Origin: a virus
Taxonomy: Duplodnaviria > Caudoviricetes
Length of the DNA stretch: 46,869 bases
Direction: 5' to 3' (one strand)
IMG/VR virus record: IMGVR_UViG_3300044699_000025
Coordinates: 1-46,869 of that record
The notes under the pieces are model-generated. The model had not been told where the DNA came from, did no database searches, and saw only the letters and a list, made by a program, of their open reading frames with translations. Below are positions 25,783 through 35,013 of this stretch, piece by piece (positions within the stretch are counted from its first letter, which is position 1; each line of letters opens with the position of its first letter). Position numbers and translations under genes: made by a program.

Positions 25783-27194
25783 GCTGCCCTAATGATAAAG
25801 TTCACGACTATGAACGGTGGATTATTCGCATCCGTAGGAGCCGCGGCGTTCGATGCCGTAACTCCTGTAATTGGTACTGTAGCTGCACCTGTTGAACCTG
25901 ACGCACCCGGAGCCGCTGCACCCGTGGTTCCAGTTAATCCAGGACTTGCAGCAGCTGTAGCACCACTAGTGATAAATAATCCACCATCACCATCAGTTGT
26001 TCCAGATGCTGAACCACTGAATCCATGATTATGATTACCATTAGAATCAGTATTACCAGTTACTCCATGAGTATGGTCAGTTCTTGAACAAACTAGATTA
26101 CCACCAGTTCCATTCTGAACCGTAATTTGAGTAGTTGGACCACTAGTTGTAATATTGACGCCATGAGTATGCGCCCCCGCACTACCAGTAGTTCCACTAA
26201 CTGAAGCCGAGAAACCATGACTATGTGCTTCAGTTCGTAGATTCCCAGGTCCATGAGTGTGTGATGCTACAGTTAATGAACCTTGGTCATGAGTGTGTGA
26301 CGCTATCGATAGTGTTCCCTGATCGTGACTATGTGATGCACCCGCGAGTGTTCCGACTCCATGTGAGTGCGCCGGAATATTGTGCGTGTGGTCAATTACA
26401 CCACCACTACTACCCAAAGTTGAACCAGTTCCACTCGCAGCCTTACCAAGTGGGAATCTCTGTTGCATATTAGGCAGATTGAATGTAGTAGAACCATCCC
26501 CTGCACCATATGTAACTCCAAGAACTGCAAATAAATTAGCAAATGTAGTCCTACTAATTGCTTGACCCTGACATAGTAGCCAATCAGTTGGTGCCGCTGC
26601 TGCGGGCCACATTACAACAGATCCAATTGGCATCCCTGGACCTTGTGCCCCCATTCCAGTACCGGGCCAAGGTTCAGGTGGTGTAGTAGTTCCATCTACC
26701 ACACACATATAAGCTATGCCATCAGGTCCAATTACTATATCTCCATCGTTATATGTAGGACCTGGAGCATAATTACCTAGATAGTCAAGATTCATTCCCC
26801 CACCGCTACCACCACCGGCAGCGTTAATCTTCAATTGACCAGCTGTAGCTACATCTAAAGTTACATTAGTTCCAGCTACTATTCTTCTACTATTAGCTAG
26901 TCCAGCTTCAGCATTTACAGTTGCAAAAGTCTCAAGTAGTGCTGGCATCGGTCCTTCTGGACCTGCGGGACCTGCTGGACCCGGAGGACCTATTGGACCT
27001 TGTGGACCAGTTCCACCACCTCCACCTCCACTACTAGCTGCAATCTCAGGTGCAACATTGAATTGAAAAGTGGATAATCTATCGATTATCTCCTGAACTA
27101 CCTGATAGAGAGCATTATCTGTATCCTTAGCCTGAGCTAAAGTAGTTTTCAGATCCGCGAATTGCGGTGCTTTTCTCGACGGTCTGAACGGCAT
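25779..27194 (-). CDS. Tail fibre with collagen segment, tail-collar domain and HxH repeats
   Basis: MPIGSVVMW...WLLCQGQAISRTTFANLFAVLG..YGAGDGSTTFNLP; many HTH/HSH motifs; C-terminal PPFIVVNFIIRA. Confidence 0.9.
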   Translation of the reverse strand: MPFRPSRKAPQFADLKTTLAQAKDTDNALYQVVQEIIDRLSTFQFNVAPEIAASSGGGGGGTGPQGPIGPPGPAGPAGPEGPMPALLETFATVNAEAGLANSRRIVAGTNVTLDVATAGQLKINAAGGGSGGGMNLDYLGNYAPGPTYNDGDIVIGPDGIAYMCVVDGTTTPPEPWPGTGMGAQGPGMPIGSVVMWPAAAAPTDWLLCQGQAISRTTFANLFAVLGVTYGAGDGSTTFNLPNMQQRFPLGKAASGTGSTLGSSGGVIDHTHNIPAHSHGVGTLAGASHSHDQGTLSIASHTHDQGSLTVASHTHGPGNLRTEAHSHGFSASVSGTTGSAGAHTHGVNITTSGPTTQITVQNGTGGNLVCSRTDHTHGVTGNTDSNGNHNHGFSGSASGTTDGDGGLFITSGATAAASPGLTGTTGAAAPGASGSTGAATVPITGVTASNAAAPTDANNPPFIVVNFIIRAA

Positions 27195-27195
27195 G

Positions 27196-27507
27196 TTAAG
27201 AACCAGGATAAGATTTGTATAGTTCCTTTGAGAAGATTATAATTCGATTGAGTCTGAATCTCTCATTGATATTGATAGTTTTCAGTTCAAATGAAGCTCT
27301 TTGCTCCACGAAATTCACTAATCTAGTGATAGAATAACGATTCTTAGGTGCCATATCTAGAGGCACAAGTATCTTAGAGTTCAAATCGTCGATTGAATAC
27401 GCGGATAATCTCAGTTTACCCACGCCATTCACTCGAATGCGTATTGAACCAAAGTGAGATGTACTCTCACCAGAACTTTGTTCAGATGATACAGCACCTA
27501 GAGCCAT
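27196..27507 (-). CDS. Small virion protein resembling the C-terminal part of tail nozzle/stabilisation proteins
   Basis: Beta-strand pattern; position. Confidence 0.55.
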   Translation of the reverse strand: MALGAVSSEQSSGESTSHFGSIRIRVNGVGKLRLSAYSIDDLNSKILVPLDMAPKNRYSITRLVNFVEQRASFELKTININERFRLNRIIIFSKELYKSYPGS

Positions 27508-28874
27508 TATTCACCTATCAAAGCTGTTCTGATAGTAGGATCTGGAATCTTTACTTCGATTCCAACATTATACTTATCAGATGTGCTATCCTTCACTATC
27601 GCATACAAACCAGCCATAGTAATTGGCGGTGGTAGCGTCGGATCTGGTGGATTCTCCGGGTCAGGAGGAGTAATGTCCGGTGGAACATGAATAACTCCGA
27701 CTCCTGGTGGATATCCAATATATGTAACGAATATATAAATGTAACTCAGGTTTCCTTGACCTGATATGACCTGTGGAGTAGAAACCGGCCATGTAAAAGA
27801 GGCACCAAATCTCCACTGAAATATATTACTATGATTTAATGTAAGAGGTACTTGAATTCCTGTAGCATTTGGAGCAAATCTATAGATGGGATTCGGACTT
27901 CCATTGATAGTTGCTGCTAAATGATCAATGAATGCTCCAAATGTATCAGATGGTCCCGGTCCTGCTCCAGTTTTGAATGGAAATCCATAATAAGTAATAC
28001 TTGTAAATGGACTATCTAACGGAACTGAACCTCTATCCTCGAATAACCAGAATGCGGTTCCAGGATAATTAGTAGGAGTGAGTGGAGTTAGTCCAGGATC
28101 TACAGTAACTACTGGAAAAATGTTATTAGCTACAATTGGATATATCCAAGTTGGACATAGCGTATGTTTCGCCATGTAAGCAGGGTCGGGTGAGTGGAAT
28201 GTATAGTTGGAAGGGAAATCGATTGCACTGAATGCGTGTCCGGCACCCCAATCAGTTGATGTATATGGAGCTACGATGTTACTTATATCTCCCGGAGTGC
28301 GTAATGGACTCGCCCACATCGGTGCAGGTGAACCAGTTGCCTCCCATTTATTCATTTGTGCAGTAAGTTCAGCCCCTTCCACTAAAGAGGGCCAATATTT
28401 GAAATTGCAAACTGCCAAATTGAGTGAAGAAAATATCTGAAAATTAGTGAAGGCAGTATTTACATCAAGATAAGTATTATAATCAGCACCAAACTGAACT
28501 GGATTATCTGGATCTGGCGTAGCAGCTTCCATTCCAATAGAAAATCTAGTAATAGCTCCATTCCTACGATGGTTAATTACAACCCATTGTCCTACTGTGA
28601 CAGGAGCAAGTTCCCAAGTGGAGAATAGAATATCCACTCTACGAACGTGCATGAACCAGTTGACACCATCATGACCGATACGTATGTAACTACCATCCGC
28701 ACCATTCATGTATAGCACAGTTTCAGGAATAGTATTGAGTGCTTTAGCCCAAATAGCAAAAGTTAAATCAATGTTTAATCCAAAATCCTTAAACACAATA
28801 GGAGGATTCGCGGCACTCCTGCCGATATTTCTAATCGTTGCAGTTACTTTACTAGCCGTTGCGGTTAGGGCCAT
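27507..28874 (-). CDS. Beta-rich tail protein with a LamG/ConA-like N-terminal domain
   Basis: LTFAIWAK, VGQWVVI and FKYW motifs; Pro-rich linker near the C-terminus. Confidence 0.6.
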   Translation of the reverse strand: MALTATASKVTATIRNIGRSAANPPIVFKDFGLNIDLTFAIWAKALNTIPETVLYMNGADGSYIRIGHDGVNWFMHVRRVDILFSTWELAPVTVGQWVVINHRRNGAITRFSIGMEAATPDPDNPVQFGADYNTYLDVNTAFTNFQIFSSLNLAVCNFKYWPSLVEGAELTAQMNKWEATGSPAPMWASPLRTPGDISNIVAPYTSTDWGAGHAFSAIDFPSNYTFHSPDPAYMAKHTLCPTWIYPIVANNIFPVVTVDPGLTPLTPTNYPGTAFWLFEDRGSVPLDSPFTSITYYGFPFKTGAGPGPSDTFGAFIDHLAATINGSPNPIYRFAPNATGIQVPLTLNHSNIFQWRFGASFTWPVSTPQVISGQGNLSYIYIFVTYIGYPPGVGVIHVPPDITPPDPENPPDPTLPPPITMAGLYAIVKDSTSDKYNVGIEVKIPDPTIRTALIGE

Positions 28875-28883
28875 CTGATTTAC

Positions 28884-30455
28884 CTAAACGAAGTCAAGAC
28901 CAGGAGTACCGATAATCAGTCTATCAGTTTCGATGAGTGCGATAGCATACGCACGAATATCGAAATTCCACTTGGCCCATCGAATGTCCTTAGCATTCAA
29001 TCCATTCGAGTAATTCGCATGAAGTAGAGTCTTTCGATATGGATCAGGTAGTGTAATCCAAACCTTCTTATTGATTGAGTCATTCACCACCTGAATGGCA
29101 TGAAATTCATTACGATTCATTCCACGCCAAAAATCCTCAATTTTCCATGACAATTCAGGTTGTGCATATGTTCCATTGAACATCATCAAACCTGACCAAT
29201 CTGCGATTAACAGATAATCAATATTGACTCCACCAGTATCCAAAACTGTTGCTATGCCATGAACAGGAGCACCCATCCCCTGATCTAGAACTTCTTCCTG
29301 CCAAGTTGATGGCACATCATAGTTATCTGAATACGCGAATGTTCTAGTTCTCTTGAATACATATAAAACATCGCGGAACTCTTGAACATTAGTGAGAGGA
29401 TTTCCATCTAATGGAACGATGAGAAGTCCATCAATCTTACTAATTGATTCAGGTTCACCTGGTGCAGATAGTCTGACTATCGACCTATTATCTGTTATTC
29501 CAATTGGCAAATTGACTAGAGTTTCACTAGTTCCAAATTCACCTACCATAACTAACCGGGAGTGATAAGTATTCAAATTCACACTAGATGGAATTGCTGA
29601 TAAGTTATCAATTAGATGTGATGCATCTGAAATCAAATCAGCGTCATAGTATTCAACCGTCGCACTATTAGCAGTATTATTGTCAATATTCCCACCAGGG
29701 ATAAAGAAGAACTGATATCCCGTCTGATCATTATTGTAGTTGGTAATTGCCTTAGTAGAAACTAGATGCCGCTTCTTCACAAATGAATTCGGCGATACTG
29801 GAATACTGTTGACGTTGATTTTATTCAACCCAGTATAATCCAGCATACCGAATACTTCTGGTCCGAGTGCAGTCAAGTAACCAGTATCCGTCTCATACAC
29901 CACAGCGACTAGATGAATTCCAGTATCAGTTAGTCCAGCAGCACCAGAAGATAGAGCTAATGCAGCTCCCGATGGTGGTTGTCCTGCTGCTTTACGTGCG
30001 ACACCAGTTCCAGTGTAAACATACAAAAACTCGTTCTGAATCCCTAGTTGATATTTCTCACCATTAGGATTCGTATATGTCTTGAATGGAGTGATATATG
30101 CCCGACCTGCGATGGCTACGAATCCAAAATCTTCCATCGCAGGAATAGTTAGAATCGGTGTAATAGCTCCTGCATTAGATTTCTTTATATGAAATATCTT
30201 ACCTCCAACAGTCAGGACAAGTAGAGTCTGACCAGTCTGTGTTACGTAGTCATATACACGTAACACCTGTAGAGGCTGATCATTCTCAGTTAAATAGTTA
30301 GCCACTCCATCCCGAGTTTCTACACCGGAATGAAAGTAATTGATATTGTCGGCCTGAATGAAATGATCACTAGGAGCAGATTCAGGATCACCTCTCTGCC
30401 ACAGACCTTCAAAATCTTCAATTACAAGTGGCTCATGATCTCTAGTTCCCGGCAT
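28884..30455 (-). CDS. Tail tubular B / nozzle (P22 gp10-like beta-propeller)
   Basis: IEDFEGL N-terminus, YHSRLV, SAPGEPES and FRDVLYVFK; follows the adaptor. Confidence 0.7.
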   Translation of the reverse strand: MPGTRDHEPLVIEDFEGLWQRGDPESAPSDHFIQADNINYFHSGVETRDGVANYLTENDQPLQVLRVYDYVTQTGQTLLVLTVGGKIFHIKKSNAGAITPILTIPAMEDFGFVAIAGRAYITPFKTYTNPNGEKYQLGIQNEFLYVYTGTGVARKAAGQPPSGAALALSSGAAGLTDTGIHLVAVVYETDTGYLTALGPEVFGMLDYTGLNKINVNSIPVSPNSFVKKRHLVSTKAITNYNNDQTGYQFFFIPGGNIDNNTANSATVEYYDADLISDASHLIDNLSAIPSSVNLNTYHSRLVMVGEFGTSETLVNLPIGITDNRSIVRLSAPGEPESISKIDGLLIVPLDGNPLTNVQEFRDVLYVFKRTRTFAYSDNYDVPSTWQEEVLDQGMGAPVHGIATVLDTGGVNIDYLLIADWSGLMMFNGTYAQPELSWKIEDFWRGMNRNEFHAIQVVNDSINKKVWITLPDPYRKTLLHANYSNGLNAKDIRWAKWNFDIRAYAIALIETDRLIIGTPGLDFV

Positions 30456-31162
30456 TAGTAACCTCTCATCTTATAAGAAGCTCTAAATGGTCGATGCCGA
30501 GTCATAATCTGTTGACGGCCCTTATTACTAATATTGGCAGTTCTCTCGATTGCCTTCTCTGCTTGAGACTGCAATACACCTGCTCTAGTTTCATTTTCTC
30601 CAATGAATAGAGCACAGAGAGCAGCAGTTTTGTAAGATAAATAAGCACGCACATTGATTGTATTTATGATACTAGTTGCGTCCACGATATATGGAATACC
30701 TTGACGCACATACTTTAATTGAACTTCTCTAGCACCCAATGCACCACTAGGATTGAATTTAATCTGTTGGTCTTCCCAACACCAGAATAGTAATGAATTA
30801 TTTGGTTGAGAGTTAGATAGAAATTCCTTCCGAGTTAATTGAAGGAATTGATCATTACTTCCACTTGCTCTTTCACCTACTTCTTGAATCTCAGTCAAAT
30901 CATCTGGATAGTGTGGTACTCCTACAGTTAAATCTTCAGGAGACGTAATCCTATTCATTCCAACTGGTATGACTATAGGATTAGAAGTAGTCTGACTTGA
31001 TGGAGAAGCATTAGATTCCTCCAAAATTTCAGACAACTCCTCAATCGCCATATTCATATATGGAATCATTACATTATAAGTGTAGTCAGTTTTATTAGGA
31101 TCGTTTAGCAGATTCGCTACACGATCCATAATCTGACCTGCCGATACTGCTGTGGTGCTCAT
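30455..31162 (-). CDS. Head-tail adaptor (tail tubular A-like)
   Basis: IMDRVANLLND..YMNMAIEEL and YPDDL motifs; position. Confidence 0.65.
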   Translation of the reverse strand: MSTTAVSAGQIMDRVANLLNDPNKTDYTYNVMIPYMNMAIEELSEILEESNASPSSQTTSNPIVIPVGMNRITSPEDLTVGVPHYPDDLTEIQEVGERASGSNDQFLQLTRKEFLSNSQPNNSLLFWCWEDQQIKFNPSGALGAREVQLKYVRQGIPYIVDATSIINTINVRAYLSYKTAALCALFIGENETRAGVLQSQAEKAIERTANISNKGRQQIMTRHRPFRASYKMRGY

Positions 31163-31392
31163 TTCACTTCAGCCTTCTTTTGTCTCTCATCCTCATCTTC
31201 CTTCAGAAACTTCTGTTCTGAGTCTAGATGAGCTTTTGCAGCCTCATCAACAATCTTTCTGACTGCATCTCTTTCCTTCGCTCTCTTTTCTAGCTTTTCC
31301 TTCAACTTCTGTGCTTCCTGCTCCGGTGTTACTACTGGAACAGGTGCTGGAGTAGGAACAGGTGTTACAGCAGGTTTAATTGGGTCAGCCAT
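31159..31392 (-). CDS. Small Pro-rich / charged protein
   Basis: AGGAG RBS. Confidence 0.65.
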   Translation of the reverse strand: MADPIKPAVTPVPTPAPVPVVTPEQEAQKLKEKLEKRAKERDAVRKIVDEAAKAHLDSEQKFLKEDEDERQKKAEVK

Positions 31393-31401
31393 TGGTTTCT
31401 C

Positions 31402-31626
31402 CTATGACACTGTAACCGAGTAATTTCCACCAGCGATAGAGAATGTTACAGTCGTGATAGTGTTAAGGTCGAATTCCTTGATGTTATCTCCGGCTGCTTG
31501 ATCTGTAGTAATAAAGAGTCGCCTATCATTCAGTTGAAAGTCAATTCCTGTGACATTCGGAATTGTTACCGCCGTCAAAGCTCTACCTGGTCCAGTATTA
31601 CCTGTAACCGTTATTTGGTGTGGCAT
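31402..31626 (-). CDS. Small beta-rich virion protein
   Basis: AGGAGG RBS. Confidence 0.7.
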   Translation of the reverse strand: MPHQITVTGNTGPGRALTAVTIPNVTGIDFQLNDRRLFITTDQAAGDNIKEFDLNTITTVTFSIAGGNYSVTVS

Positions 31627-31635
31627 CTAATCCTC

Positions 31636-32328
31636 CTACTGAGCGAACGTAAGACCAAGCAATTTGGCCTTATCTGGGTCTACAATTGCCTTACACGTCT
31701 GACAGATTGGAAATGCGGGATTACGAAGTGAACCACACGCAATACAACGCACGAGTTCAGCAGATTGAAGATCACCCAACCACGGTTTATTGGCGATATT
31801 CAATTCTTTACATGCCAATCGCGCGTCATCTGAAATCGAGAGTGGATTTCCATTAGATCGTGACCACAGAATGTCTGCGATACGAATCAATTCAAGAAAC
31901 CACTTCTTTTGCTGAGCTTGCGCCTTATGTAACAAGGGCATATGCTCTTTTTTCAACCTTTCTACAGTAAATTCACCTGGAATGTAGAAAAGTCCTGGCA
32001 TCTGGTCTGTCATGTTAGCTGCAAGTAGTCCATTGCTATAATCTCGCACAATAGCATCGGCTACTTGAATGCTAGATACCGGAATTTCAAGTAGAGGCTG
32101 ATTTTCATCTACCTCACGCCACCAACTCGATGGTCCAATGACCAGAATCGATGGTTTATCAAATGTTCCAGGTGGTATTTCAAACATACCAGGCTGAATC
32201 GTAGCCTTTCGCTCTGAAATGAACTTCGGAAGTATCGATACAACAGTCGATTTATCCATAGGATTGACTGCTGCACGAATAGTACGCCTATTTGATTGTT
32301 GAAGACCAGGAAATTCACCTACCAACAT
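31636..32328 (-). CDS. Hypothetical protein with C-terminal zinc ribbon
   Basis: CIAC...CQTC; GGAG RBS. Confidence 0.8.
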   Translation of the reverse strand: MLVGEFPGLQQSNRRTIRAAVNPMDKSTVVSILPKFISERKATIQPGMFEIPPGTFDKPSILVIGPSSWWREVDENQPLLEIPVSSIQVADAIVRDYSNGLLAANMTDQMPGLFYIPGEFTVERLKKEHMPLLHKAQAQQKKWFLELIRIADILWSRSNGNPLSISDDARLACKELNIANKPWLGDLQSAELVRCIACGSLRNPAFPICQTCKAIVDPDKAKLLGLTFAQ

Positions 32329-32330
32329 GA

Positions 32331-32870
32331 CTACTCTCCCCTTGTGTAGTTATTTGGGACTACAATCCCCTCTTTATACCGAATTGCATCACTAGTTTCT
32401 GTATCATTACCGAATAGCTCTTGTTGCAATTCAGCAATTCGCTGATCTCTACCTTCTGGTGTAGTGTTTTTCTCGTCATCTACATACTTAGCCAGATTTC
32501 TCTTACCCACAGCAGCTAACATCACGTCAATCAGAAACTTAGTTGGACCCCATACAGGTGGTAATGGTGCATTTTTACCATCACGATACGCCCAAATAGG
32601 CTCATATGACATCCGGGATGCTGGAAGTTCATCAGCATTCACCTCGGGTATCAGAACCAGATGTTCTAGGACGTATAAATTCTTCAGATATGGATATTTC
32701 TTTACTTCTCTTACTTGTGGACTCAATAGCATAATGCCAGAATCCGTCGTACTCATCAATCTCTTTTCTGTCTCGTTATTAGCCCACACGATTCTGAACA
32801 TTGGTCTACCTGCCAAGTCCATTCCGTAATGGTCAATTAATCGCTGATTCAGTGTCTCGATTTGTTCCAT
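32331..32870 (-). CDS. Hypothetical protein
   Basis: 179-aa ORF in the structural operon. Confidence 0.8.
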   Translation of the reverse strand: MEQIETLNQRLIDHYGMDLAGRPMFRIVWANNETEKRLMSTTDSGIMLLSPQVREVKKYPYLKNLYVLEHLVLIPEVNADELPASRMSYEPIWAYRDGKNAPLPPVWGPTKFLIDVMLAAVGKRNLAKYVDDEKNTTPEGRDQRIAELQQELFGNDTETSDAIRYKEGIVVPNNYTRGE

Positions 32871-33030
32871 GTTCTTAAGTGTTCGTCTCTCCGAACTGTC
32901 AAGCCGTTCTATGCTCTACTGCTTCCAGGCTTTCTCATAGCGCGATTACCGCGTCAGCACTCCCGCCGGCATAGGGTCAGGACTTCCCCGCCGGATGCTT
33001 TTTATACATATCCTGAAGCATAATATCGAA

Positions 33031-33324
33031 TTACACACCAGAATTGATTAGCCACTTCTGTAGCTGCTTAGACCACACCATGAACACGGCACGATTCTGA
33101 GCGGCTGCGATACCAACCAGAATGTTACCTGCTGTTCCAAGTGTAACACCAGCAGCATTAGTTGGAACCAGAATCAAGAACTGAGATTGAGCGATTCCCA
33201 ATCCTGGTCTAATGTTGTTGATTGCAACAGTTCCAGTTACATACAAAATATCTGATTTTGCAGTAACTGTATCTGCTGATGCTACAGTCGATTCACTTAA
33301 CTTACTTACTGAACCAGGAATCAT
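33031..33324 (-). CDS. Putative capsid decoration protein (paralog 2)
   Basis: VTGTVAINNI...TAGNI, similar to the upstream gene; GGAGG RBS. Confidence 0.6.
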   Translation of the reverse strand: MIPGSVSKLSESTVASADTVTAKSDILYVTGTVAINNIRPGLGIAQSQFLILVPTNAAGVTLGTAGNILVGIAAAQNRAVFMVWSKQLQKWLINSGV

Positions 33325-33419
33325 CTCCCTACCTCCACCATGAGATGAATTGGTGCAGCTTTACTCCCTGTATACTGCACCCGAGGTGATTCATTTGGGA
33401 GCCACCACGTTATTTCCGG

Positions 33420-33719
33420 CTAACCAACCGGAACGTACTTTGCCGCAGCCGGGTTATACACAAGCAACATAACCTCACCAACTACCGATGCCTTAGTAGT
33501 AGCGATGTTATTGCCTGCTGTGATGCCAGCAGTTCCAGCGAACTGAATGGCAATCATGTGTGAATGAGTAACGGGCGGTGTAATTGCAGTAATCGCCACG
33601 TTACCAGTCAACACTGTTAGAAAACCAGTCGGAGCAATAGTTCCCGCCGCTGGAGTTGTAACAGGAGCAGAGTTATTGACAGGATTTAGCTGTGCCCAGT
33701 CGGATGCTGTGATAGGCAT
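33420..33719 (-). CDS. Putative capsid decoration protein (paralog 1)
   Basis: Directly after the capsid gene; LTGNVAITAI...TAGNNI. Confidence 0.6.
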   Translation of the reverse strand: MPITASDWAQLNPVNNSAPVTTPAAGTIAPTGFLTVLTGNVAITAITPPVTHSHMIAIQFAGTAGITAGNNIATTKASVVGEVMLLVYNPAAAKYVPVG

Positions 33720-33737
33720 TTTGATTTTTCCTTCCTA

Positions 33738-34991
33738 TTAGTATCCTACTGGTACAGCCAGATTGTCGATATACGAGCAGGCAGCAGGATTACTCACGTA
33801 AGTCTGCATACCTACCACCATGTAGAAGATTTCCGCTGCGGCTACTCCACCTGATGCACCACGAATCTCGAAGATTTGACGGCCATCAGTCTTGTAGAAG
33901 CCGATTGGGAGAATCTCTGCACGGCCCCACACTTCATCCACAACGAAGTCAATACGTGTCTTGTCCCAGTTGTAGGATGGAGTGACAGGAGCACCAGCCA
34001 ACTGCATATTGGAACCACCGAAATACATATTCAGTGATTCTTCCTTAGCAGCCTTCTGGATGATGCTTACGAGTTGACCAATCTCCTCATAAGCCTGTTG
34101 CTGACATGGATGCGTCCATGCTTTCGGTGAGAAGGAATTTTCAATACCCACACGATTCCCAATCTTATTGATTGCAAGACGAGGAAGCGGTAGAGTAAGA
34201 GCAGCACTACCAGCATTGACTCGATTTGCACGAATCTCAGGAGTAGTGCTACGTGAGAATCCAAGCCATGTACCAGCACTCGCATTCGAGTGATGATACG
34301 GAACACCAAACAGAGCAGGGAGTGATGCGGGAGAACTAAGACCCGCAGTCACAATCTTATCTGTAGGTGCCACCGAAGCGATCTGTGGAGTGATGGAAAT
34401 AGACTTGTTCTCCACATCCCACTGTGTAATCGTACCCGAACCACGATTGATTGCAAGTGCGCTATCCCATACCTGAACAGTCTGACCATAACGCATCAGA
34501 CGCGCACCGAAACCATCCGTAGTCAGAGTGATTACATTTGATCCACCAGCAGGTGTATCAGTCGTTACCACACCGATTACACCATCACCAGTCTGCATCA
34601 TCTGGGCATCCAACTGCCTTCTCATCTCGTCTAAAGCAGTTGCGGTTAACCTACGGACACTATTGATGATAGCCTTACGATTATCATCAGTCGCCCATTG
34701 AGTCAGCTTGGTATATTCAATGTTCTCAGAGAGAAACACTGAATTGAGTACAGCCTTATCGAAAGTAGGCCCACCACCTCGACCCAAATCACCACCATCA
34801 GGGTTGAAGTATTGGAAACTACCTCCAGGACGAAGTTCCAATGGAACTCTCATTTGACGGTGTGAAATCTTCTCCACTTCCCGTTTCTTGATGTTCGCAT
34901 AGAACTTGTCATCACGCTCAAACAGCAAACGGACTTTAGGAATAACAGTTTCCAGTTCCGTAGCTGCTACTTGGGATTCAACAACAGCCAT
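33738..34991 (-). CDS. Major capsid protein
   Basis: 417 aa after portal and scaffold; long spine-helix pattern (ALDEMRRQLDAQMMQTGDG) and C-terminal VSNPAACSYIDNL. Confidence 0.85.
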   Translation of the reverse strand: MAVVESQVAATELETVIPKVRLLFERDDKFYANIKKREVEKISHRQMRVPLELRPGGSFQYFNPDGGDLGRGGGPTFDKAVLNSVFLSENIEYTKLTQWATDDNRKAIINSVRRLTATALDEMRRQLDAQMMQTGDGVIGVVTTDTPAGGSNVITLTTDGFGARLMRYGQTVQVWDSALAINRGSGTITQWDVENKSISITPQIASVAPTDKIVTAGLSSPASLPALFGVPYHHSNASAGTWLGFSRSTTPEIRANRVNAGSAALTLPLPRLAINKIGNRVGIENSFSPKAWTHPCQQQAYEEIGQLVSIIQKAAKEESLNMYFGGSNMQLAGAPVTPSYNWDKTRIDFVVDEVWGRAEILPIGFYKTDGRQIFEIRGASGGVAAAEIFYMVVGMQTYVSNPAACSYIDNLAVPVGY

Positions 34992-35013
34992 TTGATCTTC
35001 CCCTCTTACTAGA

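Noticed and set aside
24718-27194. Diversity-generating retroelement or invertible cassette acting on tail fibres
   Set aside because: No reverse transcriptase, invertase or template/variable repeat pair was seen
32960-33000. HDV/theta-like ribozyme (GCCGGC...GCCGG)
   Set aside because: No convincing P3/L3 or P1.1 pseudoknot elements
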